DNA of 64,000 nucleotides from Escherichia coli (GTDB lineage Bacteria; Pseudomonadota; Gammaproteobacteria; Enterobacterales; Enterobacteriaceae): NCBI RefSeq assembly GCF_003334255.1, contig NZ_QOWU01000015.1; one strand, 5' to 3'. Shown piece by piece: positions 50,243 to 61,923 of this stretch (position 1 is its first letter; each line of letters starts with the position of its first letter). The notes under the pieces were generated by a model. It saw only the letters and a program-made list of their open reading frames with translations, ran no database searches and was not told where the DNA came from. The position numbers and the translations under genes were made by a program.

Positions 50243-50602
50243 TTAACCCACGATTTCCAGTACCTGCTCCGGTGGACGACCAATCCGCGCTTTGCCATTC
50301 GCGACCACAATCGGGCGCTCCATCAGCTTCGGATTATCCACCATTGCCTGAATCAGCGCCTCTTCGCTAAGCGAACTGTCAGCCAGGTTCAGTTCTTTAT
50401 AAAGATCCTCTTTCTGGCGCATCAATTCGCGGGCGCTATTCATCCCCAGCATTTTCAGCAAATCGCGCAGCGTTGCCGCATCGGCGGGTGTCTCAAGGTA
50501 GAGCACCACTTCTGGCTCCACGCCGTTTTCTTTCAGCAGGTTCAGCGTTTCCCGGCTCTTTGAACAGCGTGGGTTATGGTAGATTTTTACCTGTTTGGTC
50601 AT
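50243..50602 (-). CDS. arsC: ArsC/Spx-family arsenate reductase-like protein
   Basis: 119 aa; N-terminal YHNPRCSKSR redox motif (K-12 yfgD). Confidence 0.9.
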   Translation of the reverse strand: MTKQVKIYHNPRCSKSRETLNLLKENGVEPEVVLYLETPADAATLRDLLKMLGMNSARELMRQKEDLYKELNLADSSLSEEALIQAMVDNPKLMERPIVVANGKARIGRPPEQVLEIVG

Positions 50603-50622
50603 TGTTCTTCCTTTAATGCGAA

Positions 50623-52086
50623 TTACATCTTGGTATAAGGCTTAAAGCGTTCCTGCAGCTGGCGCAACTGGTCGATGCGCGCATCGTAACGCGCTTGTTG
50701 CAGGCTGCCTAATTTCACCTGCGAACTGGCGCTACTCAACAAGGAAATGGCCTGATCGAGTCGTCCGGCGAGCGCATAACCTTCTGCTCGCGCAGCCAGC
50801 TCCTGATCGCGGTTATTTAGCGCGGCTTCCGCCTGTGCCAGCAAATCCCAGCCGTTGCTGTCATCTTTATTATTAAAGGTGTAGCGATTGAGAATATTGG
50901 CCGCTTCTTGTGGTTGACCGCCTTGCAGATAAGCGTTCGCCAGGTTGAGCTGCAACACCGGATTGGTGCGCAAATCACGGGCATTTTTCAGGCGATTGAT
51001 TGCCTCATTGGCTTTGTTTTGCCCAAGATCGATATCGGTAGCCAGATCGAGATACCATGCGTTGCCAGGTTCTGCCGCCAGTAACGGTTGCAGCGTTTTA
51101 CGCGCCTCGTCGTATTTATTGGCTTCCATCGCCTGTAAAGCACGACCATATTGCGCCGCTCGTTGCTGACGAACGTTTCCTTTCGCCCATTCATCCAGCA
51201 AATCACTGGTGAGCTGGTTACGTCCGGAATTATACATCCCCAGTGTGCGCGCTTTCGCCAGATAGAAATCTTCCGACGACTGCACCACCATCGGGCGCAT
51301 CTGATTAGCACGGTTGCGGGCATCTGCCAGACGACTTTCCGGCAACGGGTGAGTCAATAAAATTTCCGGCGGGCGCGAGGAGTAACGCGCCTGATCGAGT
51401 AATTTTTCGAGGAAGGTTGGCATCGCTTGCGGATCGAATCCCGAGCGTTGCAGCACCTGAATACCAATGCGGTCCGCTTCCTGTTCATTTTGCTGGGTGA
51501 AACTGATCATCCCCTGACGCGTTCCCGCCAGTGTACCGGTCAGCGCCGCCATCCCCGCCTGCGGACTGGCCATCGCCAGTAAAATAGAACCTAACGCGCC
51601 GACCCAGGTCAGCGGCGCGCTGCGTTGTTGATCTTCCATCGCTCGCGCCAGGTGACGTTGGGTGACGTGGGAGATTTCGTGCGCCATAACTGAAGCCAGT
51701 TGACTTTCGTTATCGGAATAACGGAACAGGGCAGAGTGCAGCACCACGTTGCCGCCAAAGAAAGCAAAGGCGTTAATTTCGTCGTTGTTGATCAGAAAAA
51801 AATGAAACGGTGTCTTAACCGAATTGGCATGCGAAACCAGACGCATCCCCAGCGAATTAATATATTGCGTTAACAGCGGGTCATTAATTAACGGCGCGCT
51901 GCCGCGTAGCTGGCGGACATAATAGTCGCCCATCTGCATTTCCTGACCAATGGAAAGCGTGCTTCCTGCGGAGGTTCCCATATCCGGCAAGGTGTCTGCG
52001 CTGTCGGCAAACGCCGGGGCTACCTGACCAATGGTCATAGCAGCAATGAGGGTTGCAACCAGGTTTTTTTTCAACTGCCTGAACAT
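50623..52086 (-). CDS. bepA: periplasmic M48 metalloprotease/chaperone BepA with TPR domain
   Basis: 487 aa; HEISH zinc motif; signal peptide. Confidence 0.95.
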
Positions 52087-52298
52087 AACCTCTATCCTGT
52101 ATTTCTGAAGATAGTCATTTGACCGATACTGTGAAATATCGTTCCCACCGCGCCGCCTTTGAGTGTAACGGCGAAGATTAGCCCACTCAAATGACTTTTC
52201 AGTTTCCTGAATCCGTCATAAAAAGCGAAGTCTTTTTTGTGACATTTCGATACAATTGCGGATCGCAATCCCGCTCTTGAGGTTCAGGGAAGGTCTTT

Positions 52299-53360
52299 AT
52301 GCTCGAAATGTTGATGCAATGGTATCGCCGCCGTTTTAGCGACCCGGAAGCGATTGCCTTGCTGGTTATTTTAGTTGCCGGATTTGGCATTATCTTTTTC
52401 TTTAGTGGCCTGCTTGCTCCGTTGCTGGTGGCTATTGTGCTGGCCTATTTGCTGGAATGGCCAACTGTGCGCCTGCAATCTATTGGCTGCTCCCGCCGCT
52501 GGGCGACGTCGATTGTATTGGTGGTTTTTGTCGGTATATTGCTACTGATGGCGTTCGTGGTACTGCCTATCGCCTGGCAACAGGGCATCTACTTAATTCG
52601 CGATATGCCGGGGATGCTCAATAAGCTTTCTGACTTTGCCGCCACGTTGCCGCGCCGCTATCCGGCGTTAATGGATGCGGGCATTATTGATGCAATGGCC
52701 GAAAATATGCGCAGTCGGATGCTGACCATGGGCGATTCGGTGGTGAAAATTTCCCTCGCCTCGCTGGTCGGTTTGCTGACCATAGCCGTCTATCTGGTGC
52801 TGGTGCCATTGATGGTCTTCTTCCTGCTGAAAGACAAAGAGCAGATGCTGAACGCCGTTCGTCGGGTGCTGCCGCGCAACCGTGGACTGGCAGGACAGGT
52901 GTGGAAGGAGATGAATCAACAAATCACCAACTATATCCGCGGCAAAGTGCTGGAGATGATCGTGGTGGGGATCGCCACCTGGCTGGGGTTCTTGCTCTTT
53001 GGGCTGAACTATTCGCTGCTGCTGGCGGTGCTGGTCGGCTTCTCGGTACTTATTCCGTACATTGGCGCATTTGTGGTGACCATTCCGGTGGTTGGCGTGG
53101 CGCTATTCCAGTTTGGTGCAGGCACGGAATTCTGGAGCTGCTTCGCAGTGTATCTGATTATTCAGGCGCTGGACGGCAACCTGTTAGTACCGGTGTTGTT
53201 CTCCGAAGCGGTTAACCTGCATCCGCTGGTGATTATTTTATCGGTGGTGATCTTCGGTGGTTTGTGGGGATTCTGGGGCGTATTCTTCGCCATTCCATTG
53301 GCGACCCTGATCAAAGCCGTGATCCACGCCTGGCCCGATGGGCAAATAGCGCAAGAATAA
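52299..53360 (+). CDS. perM: AI-2E family inner-membrane transporter PerM
   Basis: 353 aa, multi-TM. Confidence 0.92.
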   Translation: MLEMLMQWYRRRFSDPEAIALLVILVAGFGIIFFFSGLLAPLLVAIVLAYLLEWPTVRLQSIGCSRRWATSIVLVVFVGILLLMAFVVLPIAWQQGIYLIRDMPGMLNKLSDFAATLPRRYPALMDAGIIDAMAENMRSRMLTMGDSVVKISLASLVGLLTIAVYLVLVPLMVFFLLKDKEQMLNAVRRVLPRNRGLAGQVWKEMNQQITNYIRGKVLEMIVVGIATWLGFLLFGLNYSLLLAVLVGFSVLIPYIGAFVVTIPVVGVALFQFGAGTEFWSCFAVYLIIQALDGNLLVPVLFSEAVNLHPLVIILSVVIFGGLWGFWGVFFAIPLATLIKAVIHAWPDGQIAQE

Positions 53361-53397
53361 TCTTCAGCCCGACGAACTGTTTCGCCGGGCTGATTTT

Positions 53398-54247
53398 TCA
53401 GGATTCCTGACGTAAATAAATAGCCCGATAACAAATACTCACCAGCACTGCACCGCCGATAATATTACCCAGCATCACCGGGAGCAGATTGGCGGTAATA
53501 AAATGGCTGACCGTCAGAGCCGGAAAATTGTCTGCGCTACTGTGCGCCAGTTGCCAGAAGGGGGGGAGGGGCGAAATGGCGAATGGCAATGGCGAACGGA
53601 ATCACAAACAAATTGGCGATACAGTGCTCAAAGCCACTGGCGACAAACAGGGTGATGGGCAAAATCATGGCGACGATTTTGTCGCATAACGAACGCCCGC
53701 AATAACTCATCCACAGCGCCAGGCAAACCATCAGATTGCACATAATGCCGAGGCTGACAGATTCAGTAAATGTATGATGCATTTTGCCCTCGGCGCAGTG
53801 TAAAACCGCGACTCCCCACATCGCGTTTTCACTCATCACCAGCCCGGAAAACCAGATTAACAAACTGAAACAGGCAATACCTGCCAGATTACCGCAGGCC
53901 ACCAGAAGTGCGTTAATCAGCCAAGTTCGCCAACTAATAACGCCCCGACTTTTTGCCATCACCGTCATTACCGACGAGGTGAACAGGCTGGTGCCGCAAA
54001 CCGCCAGCAAAATAAAGCCGAGTGTAAAGCAAAGGCCGCCCACCAGATGGGTTAATGCCTGTGAAGACGGGGCATCGGCGATAACGGAAAGGTAAAAAGT
54101 AAATCCAATCGTCATAAACACGCCAGCGGACATCGCCATTAAAAAGACCGATACTTTGCTGCGGGCAATTTTATGGGCAGCAATCCGTTCAGCGATTGCC
54201 GCTTTTCTGGCGCTCAACTGCAAGTCGAAAGAGAGTTTGTTTCTCAT
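53398..54247 (-). pseudogene. focB: formate/nitrite transporter (FNT) family channel FocB, interrupted by a frameshift at a G7 (C7 on coding strand) run
   Basis: ORFs 53537..54247 (236 aa) and 53398..53589 (63 aa) overlap in different frames and together reconstruct a ~280-aa FNT protein. Confidence 0.75.
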
Positions 54248-54268
54248 GCATACTCCTGCAAAAGCAGA

Positions 54269-56281
54269 TTACAACACCTCGCGAACCGAGATCCCCAGAC
54301 GCTGCATTCGTGACAGCAGCGTGGTGCGCTTCATCCCTAATCGTGTCGCCGCGCCACGGGGCCCGGCAACAATGCCATTGGTTTCTCGCAATACCTGAAC
54401 AATGCGCTGACGTTCTTCTTCGTCATTCTCTGGCGTCGTCGGGTGCAGCAACTGCGCCATTGAACTGCGAAGCGCTGAATCTTCATTTAGCGTCGGCAGT
54501 AAACGGCTTTGTCGGACATTAAGATGTAAATTCAGACTGTTACCGCGAGTCAGCAGTACCGCTCGCTCAATCACGTTTTCCAGCTCGCGCACGTTGCCCG
54601 GCCAGTCCCACGACATCAACTGGCGTAGCGCCTCGGTTGGGATGGCGTCAATTGCGCGATTCATATGGCGCGCCATTTTTTGCGTGAAATGTTTTGCTAA
54701 AAGAGGGATATCTTCCGGACGGTCGCGCAGCGGCGGCAATTCCAGTGGGAAGACATTCAGGCGATAAAAGAGATCGCTGCGAAACTGGCGATCTTCAACC
54801 ATTTGCCACAAATCACGGTTGGTGGCGGCAATGACTCTGACATTCACCGGGATCGTTCTACTCCCGCCGAGACACTCAATCTCCCGCTCCTGCAATACGC
54901 GCAGCAGTTTAGGCTGAAGTTCTAACGGCAGATCGCCAATTTCATCGAGAAACAACGTGCCGCCATCGGCAATTTCAAAACGACCACGATGGGTATTAAT
55001 CGCACCAGTAAACGCCCCTTTGTCATGACCGAATAACTCACTTTCCAGAAGACTGGCGGGGATGGCAGCGCAGTTGATTTTGACCAGCGGCTTGTCGTGT
55101 CGCGGGCTAAGTTGATGGATCGCTCTGGCGATCACCTCTTTGCCGGTTCCGGTTTCACCACAAATCAACACCGTACTGTCGCTCTTCGCCACAATATCTA
55201 CCTGCTGGAGCAGGTCTTCCATTGCCTGGCTTTGATAGATAATGTCACCGACGCCCAGATTTGAAAGGAGCTGCTCGCTAAGCTGGTGGTTTTCTTGCTG
55301 CAAACTTTCCTGCAAATCGGTCATGCTGCGCCAGGCATCGGCATTGCCAACGGCAATAGCGATGCGATCGGCTATGTGTTGTAGTAGCTGGCAGTTTTCC
55401 TCACTAAAGAGAGTGGAAGAGGTATGCGCCAGCAACAATGCACCCGGTGTATGGTTGCCAAAGGTAAGCGGTATCAGGAGCGCAGATTCGCAGCCGTTAG
55501 ATGCAAGTAAGAGTAATAACGGGTCGCGTTGCCAGAGAAACAGATCATCTGCACGATGCGTCAAGGTCGGTTGTCGGGTTTGTAGCGTTTGTGTCAGCAA
55601 TACACTGTCGCCAGGCATATTGCGTGGCAGACACGCACAATGTGAGGCAGAAAGATCGCTGCACCACAGGCTGAACTTCTCGTTCTTTCGATGATCGCCC
55701 AGTACCATACTGACTGAAGCCAGACCGAAAAAATGATGGATCTCACGGGCGACGTCAGCGATCAGATCGTCGAGATCAAGATGTGACAGCACTGCATTAG
55801 TAATATCAACCAGTACCCGATGATGATCGCGATCTTTCTCCAGCAAACGCAGCGCCACCTGTTGTTCTTCATCATTGAGCCATGATTGCAGAACCGGGGT
55901 GATTATGCGTGTCAGCCAGTTAAACAGTGTGCAATCCTGGGGAGTAAAACGACTGCCGTGGGTGCGAATAAAGCGTAGCTCCGCCATTCCACTACTGCCG
56001 AGAAGGACGGCGTGACGCGAATAATCGACCATCTCGCCCTGATACTCTGTTGTTGCCGTCACATCGCTGCCATCATCATGGTAGCGGTAATAGAAGTTGC
56101 TTTTGAGAACATGCAGTTCAATAAGTTGTACCGGGCTGAACGGCGGCGGCAGCGGGATGAAGGCGCGTAATAAAGACGCCTTGCCGTGTTTCTGTGCTAA
56201 CCGCTCCGCGAGCATTCCGTTTACCGCTTCAATTGTTATTCCTTGTGGCGGGGCAAACATCGCCTCGTCTGACATAGCCAT
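54269..56281 (-). CDS. hyfR: sigma-54-dependent transcriptional activator HyfR (GAF, AAA+, HTH)
   Basis: 670 aa; GAFTGA motif, Walker A GETGTGKE. Confidence 0.95.
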   Translation of the reverse strand: MAMSDEAMFAPPQGITIEAVNGMLAERLAQKHGKASLLRAFIPLPPPFSPVQLIELHVLKSNFYYRYHDDGSDVTATTEYQGEMVDYSRHAVLLGSSGMAELRFIRTHGSRFTPQDCTLFNWLTRIITPVLQSWLNDEEQQVALRLLEKDRDHHRVLVDITNAVLSHLDLDDLIADVAREIHHFFGLASVSMVLGDHRKNEKFSLWCSDLSASHCACLPRNMPGDSVLLTQTLQTRQPTLTHRADDLFLWQRDPLLLLLASNGCESALLIPLTFGNHTPGALLLAHTSSTLFSEENCQLLQHIADRIAIAVGNADAWRSMTDLQESLQQENHQLSEQLLSNLGVGDIIYQSQAMEDLLQQVDIVAKSDSTVLICGETGTGKEVIARAIHQLSPRHDKPLVKINCAAIPASLLESELFGHDKGAFTGAINTHRGRFEIADGGTLFLDEIGDLPLELQPKLLRVLQEREIECLGGSRTIPVNVRVIAATNRDLWQMVEDRQFRSDLFYRLNVFPLELPPLRDRPEDIPLLAKHFTQKMARHMNRAIDAIPTEALRQLMSWDWPGNVRELENVIERAVLLTRGNSLNLHLNVRQSRLLPTLNEDSALRSSMAQLLHPTTPENDEEERQRIVQVLRETNGIVAGPRGAATRLGMKRTTLLSRMQRLGISVREVL

Positions 56282-56310
56282 CAACAGTCCTTATTAATGA
56301 GAAATCCTTC

Positions 56311-56724
56311 TCACGCAATTTTTCTGGCCATCAGATAGATAGCCGGTTCCAGCACAATTTCATCCAACAGATGAATGAATTGAATGCTACGCGCTTGCCA
56401 CACAGACGTCGCGTCATCTGCCAGTGGCGCGAATGCCCGGGTCAACAGGGCGGTGTGGCTGGCGTCAATAACAATCTCACCAAAAGTCATCACCCCCAGC
56501 ATCTTACGTCGGGCTTGCTCCTCTTCGACCAGTGCAAGCCAATCTTCGTATTCCGTCAGTGGGCAGCGGAAGGCGACATTCAGACAATCAATCACGCCAA
56601 CGTGATGACCGATAGCCAGCGAGTAATACATTACCTGAGAGCTGTGTTCCGGCATCTCGTCGCTACTGGCGACAAACTTTTTTCGCAGCGTCCAGAAAAC
56701 AATTTCCCCGCACTCTTCAGTCAT
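56311..56724 (-). CDS. hyfJ: hydrogenase-4 component HyfJ (HycH-like maturation factor)
   Basis: 137 aa from [11 protein letters not shown]; synteny. Confidence 0.85.
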
Positions 56725-57474
56725 GTAACCCCCTGAGTACGCGAAAGAGTTGCTGAACGATACTATTGAGACGTGGATCGTCGGCATCGCGCAACCAGGT
56801 GTTAACCCGATTTCCTGTAGGATCGTCGCTTAAATGGCGCAGGAGCCGATCGCAAATTTCTCGCCCCTGACGATAGCCCGCCAGCCGCCGCGCTTCTCGC
56901 TCAATGGCGATACGCTGTGATGGCGGGATCTGTGGCCACAACGGTTGCATAGTCACCCCGGTGGGATCGCGATAATCCACAGCGTGAATCTTCTGTTGCA
57001 GCAAACCGAGCGCCACGGCGAAACCGTGAATGGTGGCGGCCGGTGTTGGCGGGCAGCCGGGGATCCAAACATCAATGGGGACAATGGTGTCGCTGCCGCC
57101 CCAGACGCTGTAGAGATCGTGGAAAATACCGCCGCCGACACCGCACGCGCCGTAGGAAACACAGATTTATGATCGGGGGCAGACTCATACGCCCGAAGTG
57201 CAGGCATACGCATCGCCCGGGTGACTGCGCCAGTAAATAACAAAATATCGGCGTGACGCGGTGATGAAACAACCTTAATGCCAAAACGTTCTGCGTCGAA
57301 TACGGGGGTGATGGCAGCAAAAATTTCGATTTCACAGGCGTTGCAGCCACCGCAATCGACGCGATAAACGTAGGCTGAGCGACGGATATCCTGTAGCAAA
57401 TGCCGCTTCATATTTTGCGTTTGCTCGTCCAGCGTGATGGGCTGGCTGACATATTGCGTAAGCACTGGACTCAT
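56717..57474 (-). pseudogene. hyfI: hydrogenase-4 small subunit HyfI (NuoB/HycG-like), interrupted by a single-base frameshift
   Basis: ORFs 56953..57474 (173 aa) and 56717..57016 (99 aa) in different frames; downstream frame is open back to ~57170 and encodes ...[31 protein letters not shown]... Confidence 0.75.
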
Positions 57475-58010
57475 AGCTGCTCCTTAGCCACCAGCGGTAC
57501 ATCTGTATCGTCGTTGAGCAGCGTCGCGCGTTGTTTGCACTCCGGGCAGACGCTCGCTTGCGCCCATAACATTTCGCGGTTTTGTGGCGCATTTTGTTGC
57601 TGTGCCAACAATTCAGCAGCCAGTGCGACGGTTTTTTGCGGGGCAAACGGGCGTTCGCAACGGCTGCAACGTTGTAGATGGAACGTCGCGCGGGTATAGA
57701 GATCGGCTTTATTGGTGACGGTCAGTTCAAAGTTATTGGTAAGCTGGATGGCTCTGGTCGGGCACACTTCTTCACAACGTCCGCAGTAAATACAACGCCC
57801 CAGATAGAGCTGCCAGGTGCGCGAATTTTGCTGGTCGTCGGTCTGGATAGTCAGCGCATTTGCCGGACAAGCACAGGCGCCGCAGGCAATACATTGGCTG
57901 GGCATCAGGTCCGGTTTCCCGCGAAAGCCTGGGCTGACCTCCAGTGGCGCGAAGGGATATTTCACCGTCGCGGTTCCGGCGCGCATAATAGTTTTCAGTA
58001 ACTTCAGCAT
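57471..58010 (-). CDS. hyfH: hydrogenase-4 ferredoxin-type subunit HyfH (2x[4Fe-4S])
   Basis: 179 aa; CxxCxxCxxxCP motifs. Confidence 0.93.
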   Translation of the reverse strand: MLKLLKTIMRAGTATVKYPFAPLEVSPGFRGKPDLMPSQCIACGACACPANALTIQTDDQQNSRTWQLYLGRCIYCGRCEEVCPTRAIQLTNNFELTVTNKADLYTRATFHLQRCSRCERPFAPQKTVALAAELLAQQQNAPQNREMLWAQASVCPECKQRATLLNDDTDVPLVAKEQL

Positions 58011-58019
58011 CTTCTGTCC

Positions 58020-59687
58020 TTACTTCAGCGGCGAACGGTTACGATCAATGCCGTAGCGTTCGATCTCTTTATACGGCACGGTTTTTGACTGGCGCTTGCG
58101 CACATCTACCAGCGTCACACGGTCGGTACAGGAGTAGCAGGGATCAAGGCTACCGATAATCAGCGGTGCGTCAGAAACGGTATTGCCGCGCAGCATGTAA
58201 CGCAACACCGGCCAGTTGGCGTAGGTGGCGGCACGGCAGCGCCAGCGGAACAATTTTTGGTTATCACCGAGCATGCTCCAGTGCACGTCTTCACCGCGTG
58301 GCGCTTCAACAAAGCCCAGCGCGAATGCGTGAGGTTTATAGCTAAAGCCTTCGGTCAGCAGTGGGGTATCCGGCATGTTGTCGAGGGCAAATTCCAGCAT
58401 TGCCAGCGAATCAAACGTCTCTTTGACACGGACCATCACGCGGGAGAAAACATCGCCGCCGGTAAAGGTAAACAGTGTTTTTGGAATATTGCCGTAGTCG
58501 GCGTAGGGGTGATCAAAGCGCAAATCACGGGCGATTTGTCGGTCGAGAATGCCAATGCCCTGAGTGCGTTGTTCCATATTCGGCGTAGCAAGCAGCATCT
58601 CTACCAGCTCCGACACGTCGGCGCGCATCTCGCGCACCAGTTTCAGCGTTTGCAGACGTTGCTCTTTGAGAATATCGCGGCGAACACCACCAATCAGATT
58701 CAGACCGTAGGTTTTACGCGACCCGATCAGCAATTCCGCCATCGTCATCGACTTTTCCCGCACGCGGAAAAATTGCATAAAGCCGGTATCAAAACCAACG
58801 AAATGGCAGGAGAGGCCAAGGTTAAGCAAATGACTGTGTAGCCGTTCGACTTCCAGCAGAATCGAGCGAATAGTATGTGCTCGTTGCGGCACCTCAATCC
58901 CCAGTGCATTTTCAACCGAATTGGTATAGGCCACACTGTGGGCAAAACCGCAAATCCCACACACGCGGTCCGATAAGAAGGTCACTTCGTTGTAGCCCAT
59001 CCGCGTTTCTGCCAGTTTCTCCATGCCGCGATGGACATAAAACAGGCGGTAATCAGCATCGACAATTTGCTCGCCATCCACAAACAAGCGGAAGTGACCC
59101 GGTTCATCGGAGGTGATATGCAGCGGGCCGACAGGGATCACCCGCGCATCGCTGTTGCCCTCATTGATAAACGGATACGTTTCGGAATCAGTCGTCGGTT
59201 CAGGGCGCAGTCGATAATCCATCGCATCTTTGCGCAGCGGATGCATATCTTCCGGCCAGTCATCGGGCAACACCAGGCGACGCTGATCCGGCAGGCCAAC
59301 CGGAATCAGCCCGTACATATCGCGAATTTCTCGCTCGCCCCAGACCGCGGCAGGGACGCGCGGTGTGACTGACGGAAACTCCCGACTGTCGGCATCGACC
59401 AGCGCCTTCACCACAATCCAGCATTTTTCGGCCCCTTCCATTGAAAGGGCATAATAAACCGCGTAATGACCGTTAAGTGTCCGCTCGTCGTTGCCAAACA
59501 GGACCGGAAGCCAGCCATCATGTTGATAATAAAGATACTGTACAACGTCAGGCAGCAGATTGATTTTCACCGTAATGGTGACCTGTTCAGGCGTTTGTCG
59601 CTCTTCATCCAGCACCGCGCCGGGGAACTGCGTTTTCAGGGCGGCGAGAATCGCTTCGCCACGATTTGACGATGAATTAACGTTCAC
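58020..59687 (-). CDS. hyfG: hydrogenase-4 large [NiFe] subunit HyfG
   Basis: 555 aa from GTG ([11 protein letters not shown]); [11 protein letters not shown]-terminal Ni-binding motif; DPCYSC C-terminal motif. Confidence 0.95.
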   Translation of the reverse strand: MNVNSSSNRGEAILAALKTQFPGAVLDEERQTPEQVTITVKINLLPDVVQYLYYQHDGWLPVLFGNDERTLNGHYAVYYALSMEGAEKCWIVVKALVDADSREFPSVTPRVPAAVWGEREIRDMYGLIPVGLPDQRRLVLPDDWPEDMHPLRKDAMDYRLRPEPTTDSETYPFINEGNSDARVIPVGPLHITSDEPGHFRLFVDGEQIVDADYRLFYVHRGMEKLAETRMGYNEVTFLSDRVCGICGFAHSVAYTNSVENALGIEVPQRAHTIRSILLEVERLHSHLLNLGLSCHFVGFDTGFMQFFRVREKSMTMAELLIGSRKTYGLNLIGGVRRDILKEQRLQTLKLVREMRADVSELVEMLLATPNMEQRTQGIGILDRQIARDLRFDHPYADYGNIPKTLFTFTGGDVFSRVMVRVKETFDSLAMLEFALDNMPDTPLLTEGFSYKPHAFALGFVEAPRGEDVHWSMLGDNQKLFRWRCRAATYANWPVLRYMLRGNTVSDAPLIIGSLDPCYSCTDRVTLVDVRKRQSKTVPYKEIERYGIDRNRSPLK

Positions 59688-61257
59688 TGTGTTTCTCCGA
59701 AACAGATGCGGTGCCTGAAGGCAAAAAATCATGCCAGGTGCTACGTTGTGCAGGCAGATCGTGCGTCCCTGAGAGGACTATAGTGGAAGCGCCCGCCAGG
59801 ATCCTGATGACAGGTTGTGGAATATGCGTTCCCATCGCCAGCATCATGACCAGCAGAATCACCATTGGCGAGGTGGTCAACCAGCCGAGATCACCCCGGT
59901 TAACGGCCTGCGGCGGTTTCGCCATTAACACCCGCGCAGCCATCCGTACCAGGCCCGCCAGCACCAGCGTTAACAGCAATAACAGCAGGACGATAATCAG
60001 CAGGTGATTACGTGCCAGTCCGGCGGTAATGGTCATAAATTCGCTAAGAAAAATGTTGAAGGGCGGCATCCCTGCCAGCGCCAGCGCACCGCCGCCAAAC
60101 AGCACGGCGGTAAATGGCATGATTTTGAGCATCCCACAGACGACGTTGAGATCGCGCGTGCCGTACTTGAGCAGTACATTGCCGGAACCGCAGAACAGCA
60201 GCGTTTTTGCCAGACTGTGGTTTAAGATGTGCAGCAGCGCGGCAAAAATTCCCAGCGGCCCGCCAATGCCTAGCGCCACCGCGACCAGTCCCATGTTCTC
60301 CACGCTGGAGTACGCCAGCAGACGCTTAATGTCCCGCTGTACCAGAATGAAAAATGCCGCCACGGCAACCGACAACATGCCGAAGATGAGCAACAACCGG
60401 TTGGGGAAATCGCTGCCGATGGCCTGGCAAATAATGATGTAATAGCGAATCAGCACCAACAGCGCGCAGTTCAGCAATACGGCGGAGAGTAGGGCGCTGA
60501 CCGGACTCGGCGCTTCACTGTGAGCATCCGGCAGCCAGGCGTGCATGGGAAATAGCCCGGTTTTGGTACCAAAGCCAATTAGCACAAACACAAAGGCCAA
60601 CAGCATTAATGTTGGATCAAGCAAGGACGATTGCTTAAGAACCTCGCTCCAGAATATCGCCATTTCTGCCTGCGGCATAACGCTGGCGGCGTTGGCGTAT
60701 ACCAGCACGGTACCGAACAGACCAAAAGCGACACCAACAGTACAAATAATGATGTACTTCCATGCAGCTTCCAGCGATGAACGCTGACCGTAAATGCCTA
60801 CCAGAAACGCCGAGCTTAAGGTGGTGGCTTCGATCGCCGCCCACATCACAATCAGGTTATTGCTGGTAACAACCAGCAGCATGGTGAACAAAAACAGATG
60901 GAAGAAACCGTAGTAATCGCACAGCGTAACGGGTGAAAGCTCGCCGTGCTCCACTTCATGACGCATGTAGCCAATCGAGTAAACACCGGTGAGAAAGCCA
61001 ATCACACCAAGAATGGCGAGGAACAAACCGCCCAGACCATCAATATGAAGCCACAGTCCCGCAGCGAATATTTCTCCTGCATCAGCGGCAGTTTGGACCA
61101 CCCAGAGTGCCAGAATCAGCAGCAGTGTGATCCCTAAGCTATGTAATACGGTCACCGTACAAGTCGCAGAGAGCCTCCGTTTCCGGCAGGCAAAACAGAG
61201 CAGCGAAAAAAGCAGCGGCGTGAGCAGGAGTAAAGCGAACATCACAGAATAACTCAT
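59677..61257 (-). CDS. hyfF: hydrogenase-4 membrane subunit HyfF (NuoL/M/N antiporter-like)
   Basis: 526 aa, polytopic. Confidence 0.93.
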   Translation of the reverse strand: MSYSVMFALLLLTPLLFSLLCFACRKRRLSATCTVTVLHSLGITLLLILALWVVQTAADAGEIFAAGLWLHIDGLGGLFLAILGVIGFLTGVYSIGYMRHEVEHGELSPVTLCDYYGFFHLFLFTMLLVVTSNNLIVMWAAIEATTLSSAFLVGIYGQRSSLEAAWKYIIICTVGVAFGLFGTVLVYANAASVMPQAEMAIFWSEVLKQSSLLDPTLMLLAFVFVLIGFGTKTGLFPMHAWLPDAHSEAPSPVSALLSAVLLNCALLVLIRYYIIICQAIGSDFPNRLLLIFGMLSVAVAAFFILVQRDIKRLLAYSSVENMGLVAVALGIGGPLGIFAALLHILNHSLAKTLLFCGSGNVLLKYGTRDLNVVCGMLKIMPFTAVLFGGGALALAGMPPFNIFLSEFMTITAGLARNHLLIIVLLLLLLTLVLAGLVRMAARVLMAKPPQAVNRGDLGWLTTSPMVILLVMMLAMGTHIPQPVIRILAGASTIVLSGTHDLPAQRSTWHDFLPSGTASVSEKHSER

Positions 61258-61261
61258 CTCA

Positions 61262-61912
61262 TTATCCCTTCAGCGCGGTCAAGTCGTTCACGTCCAGCGT
61301 GCCGTGGGTACGCCATATTTTTCTTGCCAGTAACACCATCACAATGACGGCGAAGATGGCGTCGGTAGCGATACCTATTTCCACCAGTTCCGGTGCTCGC
61401 CAGGCAAGAAGCGCCAGCACCAGATGGGAGCCGTTTTCCATCAGGCAGTAACCAAAAATTTGCCGCAGGATATTGCGCTGGCTGACAATGCACAGCAGGC
61501 CAAGCAGAAAATGACCTAACGCTACCGCCAGCGCCGGTTTCAGCCCGGTAGCCATCGGTAGCTTCACGGGCTGAACGACAAATGCGCAAAGCAGGACAAT
61601 TAACGCCGCGAGCAGTGCCATCATTGCCGGACCGAATAACGCTTTTTCCGGGATGTTCTGGGGAATATTTCGTGCAGCGTAAGTCATGATTAACGGTACC
61701 AGCAGCACTTTGGTGATAAAGGCGCTGGCGGACCAGATCAGCAGTTGCTCTGCGGCGAACAGGCACGAGAGGGTGGCGAAAATAGACACCAGCACCAGTG
61801 ACTGGCAGGCGTAAAATCCGCATGACAGGCGATAGCTTTTGACGCTAATCACAAACAGCGATGTCAGCATCATCAGTCCCGCCAGATTATTTACGATCAT
61901 AGAACCGGTCAT
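61262..61912 (-). CDS. hyfE: hydrogenase-4 membrane subunit HyfE
   Basis: 216 aa, polytopic. Confidence 0.9.
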   Translation of the reverse strand: MTGSMIVNNLAGLMMLTSLFVISVKSYRLSCGFYACQSLVLVSIFATLSCLFAAEQLLIWSASAFITKVLLVPLIMTYAARNIPQNIPEKALFGPAMMALLAALIVLLCAFVVQPVKLPMATGLKPALAVALGHFLLGLLCIVSQRNILRQIFGYCLMENGSHLVLALLAWRAPELVEIGIATDAIFAVIVMVLLARKIWRTHGTLDVNDLTALKG

Positions 61913-61923
61913 TCATCATCTCC

